From: a virus
Lineage: Duplodnaviria > Heunggongvirae > Uroviricota > Caudoviricetes
Virus record (IMG/VR): IMGVR_UViG_2617270973_000006
Coordinates: 1 to 11,777 of that record
Reading direction: 5' to 3' (one strand)
Length of the DNA stretch: 11,777 nucleotides
Translations under genes and position numbers: made by a program
Notes under the pieces: model-generated
What the model saw: only the letters and a program-made list of their open reading frames with translations
Told to the model about the DNA's origin: nothing
Databases searched by the model: none
Shown here: positions 1 to 6,140 of the stretch, one piece after another
Layout: each line of letters opens with the position of its first letter
Position numbering within the stretch: the stretch's first letter is position 1

Positions 1-156
1 TTGCTTGCGCCAGAGAAATAACTGGCTGGCTGCCACACCGTGTTGCCGGGCAACAAGGGAGACCGTCATTCCCGGTTCAAAACTCTGCTGAACAATAGCG
101 ATCTTTTCCTGTGTAGTACGCCGTCTGCGTTTCTCCGGTCCTAAGACATCAATCAT
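1..156 (-). CDS. insC: IS2 transposase OrfA (InsC), N-terminal 52 codons only; CDS runs off the window start
   Basis: Minus-strand ATG at 156-154 translates to [52 protein letters not shown], matching the IS2 OrfA N-terminus as I recall it. Not in the ORF track because it is truncated by the window edge. Confidence 0.85.
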
Positions 157-247
157 CTGCTCTCCAATGACTAGTCTAAAAACTAGTATTAAGACTATCA
201 CTTATTTAAGTGATATTGGTTGTCTGGAGATTCAGGGGGCCAGTCTA
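1..247 (-). mobile_element. IS2 insertion sequence, left end (partial; continues beyond window start)
   Basis: Reverse complement of 171-247 reads TAGACTGGCCCCCTGAATCTCCAGACAACCAATATCACTTAAATAAGTGATAGTCTTAATACTAGTTTTTAGACTAG, which I recognise as the IS2 left terminal inverted repeat and leader; the element terminus (TAGACTG) falls at 241-247. Followed inward by the InsC start. From memory, no search run. Confidence 0.85.
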
Positions 248-327
248 GGATGTTAATGGCATTAGATATCCGGTTAGAGATGGATATCGTTGTTAATAAC
301 TCTAATTAATATGCCAATTGTTTACTA

Positions 328-360
328 AAAATTATTAAAAATGGGGCGTTGAGACGCCCC
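328..360 (-). terminator. Candidate rho-independent terminator about 140 nt 3' of the porin gene
   Basis: Perfect 7-bp GC-rich inverted repeat GGGGCGT/ACGCCCC (343-349 / 354-360) with a 4-nt loop; on the minus strand it is followed by ATTTTTAATAATTT (complement of 328-342). Confidence 0.4.
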
Positions 361-426
361 CAAAAATAAAGGGTAATATATAACAGAAGGTTTATATAGT
401 TAGAAGCAAGGTTGTGCTCCTAAAGG

Positions 427-473
427 AAGTGGCTTGAGGGAGCCACTTATATGTTGGGGAGGCAACGCCTCCC
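427..473 (-). terminator. Two tandem stem-loops immediately 3' of the porin stop codon (possible terminator or mRNA-stabilising hairpins)
   Basis: Perfect 8-bp inverted repeat AAGTGGCT/AGCCACTT (427-434 / 441-448) and perfect 7-bp GGGAGGC/GCCTCCC (457-463 / 467-473). Neither has a clean U-tract on the minus strand, hence low confidence as a terminator. Confidence 0.3.
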
Positions 474-498
474 GCAACATATCTTTTTCGTAATCAGA

Positions 499-1596
499 TT
501 AGAACTGGTAAACCAGACCTACAGCAACGATGTCATCAGTGCTTACACCGAGTGCTTTAGTGAAGTCATTTTTGTCAAGCAGGTTGATTTTGTAATCAAC
601 GAAAGTAGACATATTTTTGTTGAAGTAATAGGTTGCACCTACATCAACATATTTGACTAAGTCCTGATCGCCCCATACTCCAAGATCCTTACCTTTAGAT
701 TGCAGGTAAGCAACGGACGGACGCAGACCGAAATCGAACTGATATTGTGCAACAGCTTCGAAGTTTTGAGCTTTATTAGCAACGAAGTGATCAGCAAATA
801 CAGTCATATTCTGGGTTTCAGAATAGGTAGTGGCCAGGTAAATGTTGTTAGCGTCATATTTCAGACCTGCGGCCCAAACTTCTGCATTTTTACCGGAAGC
901 AAATACTTCAGGAAGAACTTTCCCTGCATTAACTTGAGTGTCGGTACGATCAGATTTCGCATAAGTTGCACCGATACCGAATCCTTCGTATTCATAGGTA
1001 GCAGAGAAACCGAAGCCATCACCGTTACCTTCGGTGTAGTTATCGAAATCGCTACGATCGTTTTTGCCTTGGTACTGAGCAGCAAAGTTCAGACCATCAA
1101 CCAGACCAAAGAAGTCGTTGTTACGATAGGTTGCAACACCAGTTGCACGTTGAGTCATGAACACGTCGGTTTGAGTCCAAGTGTCACCACCGAATTCTGG
1201 CAGGACGTCAGTCCACGCACCGATGTCGTATGCTACACCGTAGTTACGGCCGTAATCGATGGAGCCGTAGTCACCGAATTTCAGGCCAGCGAAGGCAAGA
1301 CGGGTTTTATCTTTGGAGGAACCTTGAGATTCAGCGCGGTTGCCTTTGAATTCATATTCCCACTGACCGAAACCAGTCAGTTGATCGTTGATTTGGGTTT
1401 CACCTTTGAAGCCAAGACGGGCATAAGTAGTATCACCATCATCTGCATCATTAGAGGAGAAGTAGTGCTTAGCATTAACTTTCCCGTACAGATCCAGCTT
1501 GTTACTGTCTTTATTATAAATTTCAGCTGCCTGAGCAGACATCGCCATCAGTACTGATGCAGCTACAGCAGAAATTGCCACTGTTAATTTTTTCAT
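499..1596 (-). CDS. nmpC: Outer-membrane general porin, NmpC/Lc (OmpC/OmpF/PhoE) family, prophage-encoded; 365 aa precursor
   Basis: Track ORF 499..1656; the real start is the internal ATG at 1596-1594 ([23 protein letters not shown] signal peptide then AEIYNKD...), preceded by a GGG-containing RBS. Porin hallmarks: [16 protein letters not shown] N-terminus, PEFGGD loop-3 motif, C-terminal ...VGLVYQF. Position between Q-side DNA and the holin mirrors nmpC in DLP12 and lc in PA-2. Confidence 0.9.
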   Translation of the reverse strand: MKKLTVAISAVAASVLMAMSAQAAEIYNKDSNKLDLYGKVNAKHYFSSNDADDGDTTYARLGFKGETQINDQLTGFGQWEYEFKGNRAESQGSSKDKTRLAFAGLKFGDYGSIDYGRNYGVAYDIGAWTDVLPEFGGDTWTQTDVFMTQRATGVATYRNNDFFGLVDGLNFAAQYQGKNDRSDFDNYTEGNGDGFGFSATYEYEGFGIGATYAKSDRTDTQVNAGKVLPEVFASGKNAEVWAAGLKYDANNIYLATTYSETQNMTVFADHFVANKAQNFEAVAQYQFDFGLRPSVAYLQSKGKDLGVWGDQDLVKYVDVGATYYFNKNMSTFVDYKINLLDKNDFTKALGVSTDDIVAVGLVYQF

Positions 1597-2023
1597 CGTG
1601 AGCCCTTTTTTTGAACTATTATTAAAAAATGATGTCACTGCGCGATAAATATTCATCTAATCAATGTGATTATTTCAAGATGTAAGTTTTGGTTTCTCGT
1701 TTGATTTGTGAAGTAGATCTCTATTTTTATCTGAACTTTTTTCTATCGAATCCTATTCATGGCTCTTGGCTGAATAAAAATAAATCTATTAGCCAATTTA
1801 TATTAATGGCTGTTATTTATAAGTGCTCTATAATTTGAAGGTTCAATTTAAACCGGCTAAAAATAACACTGGAAATTATTTGTTGGTTATTTGTTGAGAT
1901 TTGCTTATGTATTTGTAGTGGTGTTTTCAATACTCGGTAGCATTCTCGCAAATATCATTTAGTGGTTTACGTACGTAAAAAATTGGTTATGCTGTTAAGA
2001 GTGGTTACTTCGTCACACAGCTT

Positions 2024-2056
2024 AAACCCGCCGTCGAGCGGGTTTTTCCATTTTTT
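2024..2056 (+). terminator. Rho-independent terminator upstream of the holin gene (candidate tR'-like late terminator or sRNA 3' end)
   Basis: AAACCCGC (2024-2031), loop CGTCGA, GCGGGTTT (2038-2045): a perfect 8-bp stem followed by TTCCATTTTTT (2046-2056). Confidence 0.5.
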
Positions 2057-2168
2057 GAGTCTCGATATTAGCTGATAACCCAATACCTGAGTTATTCACT
2101 GACTCCGAGTCTGTTACGTTTCGTAGTATTCCCTCAATTTACACCCGCTTTGTCTGCGAGGTGGGGTT

Positions 2169-2384
2169 ATGAAATCCATGGATAAGTTAACAACGGGTGT
2201 CGCCTATGGCACCTCAGCAGGTAGTGCCGGGTACTGGTTTTTACAGCTGCTAGATAAAGTCACGCCCTCACAGTGGGCGGCAATTGGAGTGCTGGGTAGC
2301 CTGGTATTTGGCCTGCTGACGTACCTGACAAACCTTTATTTCAAGATTAAAGAAGATAAGCGCAAGGCTGCGAGAGGTGAATAA
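2169..2384 (+). CDS. S: Class II holin (pinholin), phage 21 S21 family; 71 aa with MKSM dual start (antiholin Met1 / holin Met4)
   Basis: [71 protein letters not shown] closely resembles S21 / EssD as I recall it: two TM segments and a charged C-tail. Stop TAA overlaps the endolysin ATG (TAATG at 2382-2386). Confidence 0.9.
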
Positions 2385-2881
2385 TGCCTCCATCATTACG
2401 AAAAGCCGTTGCTGCTGCTATTGGTGGCGGAGCAATTGCTATAGCATCAGTGTTAATCACTGGCCCAAGTGGTAACGATGGTCTGGAAGGTGTCAGCTAC
2501 ATACCATACAAAGATATTGTTGGTGTATGGACTGTATGTCACGGGCATACAGGAAAAGACATCATGCTCGGTAAAACGTATACCAAAGCAGAATGCAAAG
2601 CCCTCCTGAATAAAGACCTTGCCACGGTCGCCAGACAAATTAACCCGTACATAAAAGTTGATATACCGGAAACAACGCGCGGCGCTCTTTACTCGTTCGT
2701 CTACAACGTGGGTGCTGGCAATTTCAGAACATCGACGCTTCTTCGCAAAATAAACCACGGTGATATCAAAGGCGCATGTGATCAGCTACGGCGCTGGACA
2801 TACGCTGGCGGTAATCAATGGAAAGGACTGATGACTCGCCGTGAGATTGAGCGTGAAGTCTGTTTGTGGGGGAAACAATGA
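2384..2881 (+). CDS. R: SAR (signal-arrest-release) endolysin, T4-lysozyme-like muramidase (phage 21 R21 / RrrD type), 165 aa
   Basis: N-terminal Gly/Ala-rich weakly hydrophobic SAR segment ([20 protein letters not shown]) followed by the E-x8-D-x5-T catalytic arrangement ([25 protein letters not shown]). Same length as the phage 21 endolysin; translationally coupled to S. Confidence 0.9.
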   Translation: MPPSLRKAVAAAIGGGAIAIASVLITGPSGNDGLEGVSYIPYKDIVGVWTVCHGHTGKDIMLGKTYTKAECKALLNKDLATVARQINPYIKVDIPETTRGALYSFVYNVGAGNFRTSTLLRKINHGDIKGACDQLRRWTYAGGNQWKGLMTRREIEREVCLWGKQ

Positions 2882-3345
2882 GCAGAGTAACCGCGATTAT
2901 CTCCGCTCTGGTTATCTGCATCATCGTCTGCCTGTCATGGGCTGTTAATCATTACCGTGATAACGCCATTACCTACAAAGCCCAGCGCGACAAAAATGTC
3001 AGAGAACTGAAGCTGGCGAACGCGGCAATTACTGACATGCAGATGCGTCAGCGTGATGTTGCTGCGCTCGATGCAAAATACACGAAGGAGTTAGCTGATG
3101 CGAAAGCTGAAAATGATGCTCTTCTGCGGAAGCTTGATAATGGTGGCAGGGTGCTCGTCAAAGGAAAATGCCCTGTGCCATCCTCTGCCGAAACCTCCAG
3201 CGCCTCCGGCATGGGCAATGATGCCACCGTCGAACTCTCTCCAGTTGCTGGACGAAACGTTCTCGATATCCGGGACGGAATTATCCGCGACCAAACAGCA
3301 CTGAGAACGCTTCAGGAATACATTAGGACGCAATGCCTTCGATGA
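2878..3345 (+). CDS. Rz: Rz i-spanin (inner-membrane spanin subunit), lambda type
   Basis: ATG at 2878 overlaps the endolysin stop (ATGA). The track ORF begins at an upstream GTG (2866), which I reject as the start. N-terminal TM helix ([20 protein letters not shown]), coiled-coil body, near-identical to lambda Rz as I recall it. Confidence 0.85.
   Translation: MSRVTAIISALVICIIVCLSWAVNHYRDNAITYKAQRDKNVRELKLANAAITDMQMRQRDVAALDAKYTKELADAKAENDALLRKLDNGGRVLVKGKCPVPSSAETSSASGMGNDATVELSPVAGRNVLDIRDGIIRDQTALRTLQEYIRTQCLR
3098..3304 (+). CDS. Rz1: Rz1 o-spanin (outer-membrane lipoprotein), embedded in the +1 frame of Rz
   Basis: AAGGAG RBS (3085-3090) 7 nt before ATG 3098; signal peptide with lipobox ([18 protein letters not shown]|C); proline-rich mature part ([16 protein letters not shown]) typical of Rz1; lies wholly inside Rz in another frame. 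Confidence 0.8.
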   Translation: MRKLKMMLFCGSLIMVAGCSSKENALCHPLPKPPAPPAWAMMPPSNSLQLLDETFSISGTELSATKQH

Positions 3346-3520
3346 TAGCGATAATTTTACTCATCATCCTTCACATCTGGCTCTGTAGACAGGGTGGTGA
3401 TCACTTCTGGAGTAAATCCAGATTAAACATCTCATTGCTGATGCTTGATATTGAGCATCTGGCGCGCAGTAAGGGGCTGCGTTGAGATAAGAGCCAGTTC
3501 ATTACAAATACCAGGATTTA

Positions 3521-3545
3521 GCCTCGCATTCGCGGGGCTTTTTAT
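3521..3545 (+). terminator. Candidate rho-independent terminator downstream of the lysis cassette
   Basis: GCCTCGC (3521-3527), loop ATTC, GCGGGGC (3532-3538): 7-bp stem (six Watson-Crick pairs plus one G-U) followed by TTTTTAT. Confidence 0.45.
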
Positions 3546-3687
3546 ATCTGAATTTCACAGCGCATCTCACGCGCATATTAACGAGAGCCTTTCAGTAAGC
3601 GAGCCTGAGAAATGCCGTTATAGGTGGCGACCTCTCTCGGGCGGCTTTTCTGTGAGACAGGCTCACTTTCTAAAAGGTAAAGACGCT

Positions 3688-4212
3688 ATGAATAATCATT
3701 CAGTTATTCCAGCCTTCGACTTCCGAGAAATGGTGCAAGCCAAAAACGGAGAGGTCGTTACCACATCCAGAAAAATTGCCAAGTACTTCGGCAAGCGACA
3801 CGGTGATGTTCTCAGGAAAATCGAGCAGGTTAAGGCTGATTGCTCGCGTGAGTTTAGCCAACGCAATTTTGCGTCGGCTGATTATATCGATGAGCAGGGC
3901 AAGGTTCGCCCGATGTACAGCCTGACGAAAGATGGCTGGATCATGGTTGTGATGGGGTTCACCGGGAAAGCTGCTGCGGCAATCAAGGAGAGCTATATCG
4001 CAGCATTCAACTGGATGGCAGAACAACTGAGCCGCCGCATGGCAATTGGCGAAGAAATGCAGCACCGCTACGCCATCAAAGAAACACGCTCAAAGCTGAA
4101 AGGTACGATCGGCAGTCGGTTAATGAACGAACGGAAGAAAGAGAAGCGTGTCCTGGCTGTCGAGCATGAATACATCTTGCAGGTGACACAGCCTGAACTG
4201 CTGATTAATTGA
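3688..4212 (+). CDS. rha: Rha-family phage regulatory protein (pfam Phage_pRha-like), 174 aa
   Basis: Track ORF 3445..4212, but the credible start is ATG 3688 (MNNHSVIPAFD...) with an AAAAGG RBS. Rha signature stretch VTTSRKIAKYFGKRHGDVLRKI...MYSLTKDGWIMVVMGFTGKAAAAIKESYIAAFNWM. Occupies the slot where lambda carries bor. Confidence 0.75.
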   Translation: MNNHSVIPAFDFREMVQAKNGEVVTTSRKIAKYFGKRHGDVLRKIEQVKADCSREFSQRNFASADYIDEQGKVRPMYSLTKDGWIMVVMGFTGKAAAAIKESYIAAFNWMAEQLSRRMAIGEEMQHRYAIKETRSKLKGTIGSRLMNERKKEKRVLAVEHEYILQVTQPELLIN

Positions 4213-4514
4213 AGATGTCATTACAAAGCCTATCTACGGGGGGCTTGATAATGGCTTATACCCTGCACGGGATAACTTAACTGATATCCCTTTTAACGGA
4301 TAAAGGTATTCAAGCCTGACACATCATGCGCTGTATCGTCGCCGTATTCCCGCATTAACCATGACCGTAGCCCGACGGGGAATTCCTTCTGCGTGAGTGT
4401 GCGGGAATAATCAAAAACGATGCACACCGGGTTATTAACGCGTCAACTGAACGCGGGGTTGCTCTTCATGTCAGCCAGTCCGGTGCAGGGGTAGAAGAAA
4501 CCGGACGTTATGGT

Positions 4515-4925
4515 TTAGTGTGGAAACATTTGTGATGTGCTCTGTATGTTTTCAGTAAAGAGTAATGAATTATCAAAGGTATAGTAATATCTTTTTTGTT
4601 CGTGGATATTTGTAACCCACCGAAAAACTCCTGCTTTAGCAAGGTTTCTTCTGTATTCCTGAAATGTGATCTCTCTGGATTTCAGCTTATTAGAGGTCGT
4701 TTCTATAAGATGCCTATCCTTTGAAAATTTGACAGACACAATGTTTTTTAGGCCCTTTAATAACACTGTATTATCATTTTTTAATACAATATGAACATTC
4801 TCTGTGGCTAAATAGTAAATGTAATGTGAGACATTGTGACGTTTTAGCTCAGAATAAAACCATTGATAGTTTAAATCGTTTCGAACTTTATCAAATATTT
4901 GTTTAAAAATGACTACCTGATCCAT
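4515..4925 (-). CDS. DUF1398-family protein (YbcV/YdfO-like; homologue of the lambda right-end ORF annotated as a putative envelope protein); function unknown
   Basis: Track ORF 4515..4967 (GTG start); I favour ATG 4925 ([13 protein letters not shown]...), which has a GGAAGG RBS 7 nt upstream and gives 136 aa, the length I recall for YbcV. Visibly AT-rich relative to its neighbours. Family name is recalled, not searched. Confidence 0.65.
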   Translation of the reverse strand: MDQVVIFKQIFDKVRNDLNYQWFYSELKRHNVSHYIYYLATENVHIVLKNDNTVLLKGLKNIVSVKFSKDRHLIETTSNKLKSREITFQEYRRNLAKAGVFRWVTNIHEQKRYYYTFDNSLLFTENIQSTSQMFPH

Positions 4926-4983
4926 AGATAAACCTTCCATGTGATATGAGGGGGGCGTAGTCTGCACGATTATCTAAATTGCT

Positions 4984-5217
4984 TCAATCTGGTCTGATCT
5001 GTTTTCTGAGCAATTCAGTAATGTCACTCTTTTCTTTGTTTGCTTCAGGAGAAACTCTTTTTTCTGAGCACAGTCTCCGGCGGCAGGCTTCAATGACCCA
5101 GGCTGAGAAATTCCCGGACCCTTTTTGATCAAGAGCGATGTTAATTTGTTCAATCATTTGGTTAGGAAAGCGGATGTTGCGGGTTGTTGTTCTGCGGGTT
5201 CTGTTCTTCGTTGACAT
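4984..5217 (-). CDS. Small DUF3950-family protein (YnfO/YlcI-like), predicted ribbon-helix-helix-like DNA-binding fold; function unknown
   Basis: 77-aa ORF with ATG at 5217-5215. MSTKNRTRRTTTRNIRFPNQMIEQINIALDQKGSGNFSAWVIEACRRRL has a basic N-tail, a beta strand and two helices, consistent with a CopG/Arc-like RHH. Sits immediately upstream of, and co-oriented with, the DUF1398 gene (16-bp gap), as in lambda and K-12 cryptic prophages. Confidence 0.65.
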   Translation of the reverse strand: MSTKNRTRRTTTRNIRFPNQMIEQINIALDQKGSGNFSAWVIEACRRRLCSEKRVSPEANKEKSDITELLRKQIRPD

Positions 5218-5379
5218 GAGGTTGTCCCGTATTCAGTGTCGCTGATTTGTATTGTCTGAAGTTGTTTTTACGTTAAGTTGATGCAGATCAATTAATACGA
5301 TACCTGCGTCATAATTGATTATTTGACGTGGTTTGATGGCGTAGATGCACGTTGTGACATGCAGATGATAATCATTATC

Positions 5380-5605
5380 ATTTTGCGGGTCCTTTCCGGC
5401 GATCCGACAGGTTACGGGGCGGCGACCTCGCGGGTTTTCGCTATTTATGAAAATTTTCCGGTTTAAGGCATTTCCGTTCTTCTTCGTCGTAACTTAATGT
5501 TTTTATTTAAAATACCCCCTGAAAAGAAAGGAAACGACAGGTGCTGAAAACGAGCTTTTGGGCCTCTGTCGTTTCCTTTCTCTGTTTTTGGCCGTGGAAT
5601 GAACA
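5380..5605 (+). other. Lambda-type cos packaging site (cosQ-cosN-cosB region) between the right-end genes and Nu1
   Basis: 5370-5416 matches the lambda right end (...GATGATAATCATTATCA...GGGTCCTTTCCGG.GATCCGACAGGTTACG) and 5417 onward matches the lambda left end (GGGCGGCGACCTCGCGGGTTTTCGCTATTTATGAAAATTTTCCGGTTTAAGGC...), up to the Nu1 start. From memory of the lambda sequence. Confidence 0.85.
5417..5428 (+). other. cosN: 12-nt cohesive-end sequence GGGCGGCGACCT (terminase nicking site)
   Basis: Exact match to the lambda 12-nt 5' overhang, flanked by lambda-like right-end and left-end sequence. Confidence 0.85.
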
Positions 5606-6130
5606 ATGGAAGTCAACAAAAAGCAGCTGGCTGACATTTTCGGTGCGAGTATCCGTACCATTCAGAACTGGCAGGAACAGGGAATGCCCGTTCTGCGAGG
5701 CGGTGGCAAGGGTAATGAGGTGCTTTATGACTCTGCCGCCGTTATAAGATGGTATGCCGAAAGGGATGCTGAAATTGAGAACGAAAAGCTGCGCCGGGAA
5801 GTTGAAGAACTGCGGCAGGCCAGCGAGACAGATCTCCAGCCAGGGACTATTGAGTACGAACGCCATCGACTTACGCGTGCGCAGGCCGACGCACAGGAGC
5901 TGAAAAATGCCAGAGACTCCGCTGAAGTGGTGGAAACCGCATTCTGTACTTTCGTGCTGTCGCGGATCGCAGGTGAAATTGCCAGTATTCTCGACGGGAT
6001 CCCCCTGTCGGTGCAGCGGCGTTTTCCGGAACTGGAAAACCGACATGTTGATTTCCTGAAACGGGATATCATCAAAGCCATGAACAAAGCAGCCGCGCTG
6101 GATGAACTGATACCTGACCACGCAGCGTAA
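5606..6130 (+). pseudogene. nu1: Terminase small subunit Nu1, C-terminally truncated by a deletion junction (about 170 lambda-like codons plus 4 novel codons, then stop)
   Basis: MEVNKKQLADIFGASIRTIQNWQEQGMPVLRGGGKGNEVLYDSAAVI... is near-identical to lambda gpNu1 through ...[14 protein letters not shown], then diverges (DHAA*) where the lambda protein continues into the gpA-interaction tail. The N-terminal winged-HTH cosB-binding domain is intact. Confidence 0.85.
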
Positions 6131-6140
6131 GGCGTGGGAT

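Noticed and set aside
451-1557. Plus-strand track ORFs 451..660 (69 aa) and 700..1557 (285 aa), and minus-strand ORF 861..1085 (74 aa), overlapping the porin gene
   Set aside because: They lie antisense to, or nested out of frame within, a porin gene supported by signal peptide and family motifs; their products are low-complexity with no RBS or recognisable domain.
3445-3687. 81-codon N-terminal extension of the Rha ORF in the track (start at 3445)
   Set aside because: No RBS at 3445, the extension spans a terminator-like hairpin, and the Rha domain begins at the ATG at 3688, which has a proper RBS.
2453-4065. Minus-strand track ORFs 2453..2758, 3091..3333 and 3700..4065 inside the lysis and rha genes
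   Set aside because: Antisense shadows of well-supported genes; no independent start signals or recognisable motifs.
4213-4514. Possible small gene or structured RNA in the 300-bp gap between the convergent rha and DUF1398 genes
   Set aside because: Only very short ORFs (under 25 codons) without RBS. One weak hairpin with T-run (4269-4294) could be the rha terminator but is too weak to list as a feature.
5507-6130. Minus-strand ORFs 5507..6121 (204 aa) and 5725..6087 (120 aa), and plus-strand ORF 5541..5747, overlapping cos and Nu1
   Set aside because: They overlap the near-exact lambda Nu1 coding sequence and cosB on the wrong strand or frame; the Nu1 identity explains the region fully.
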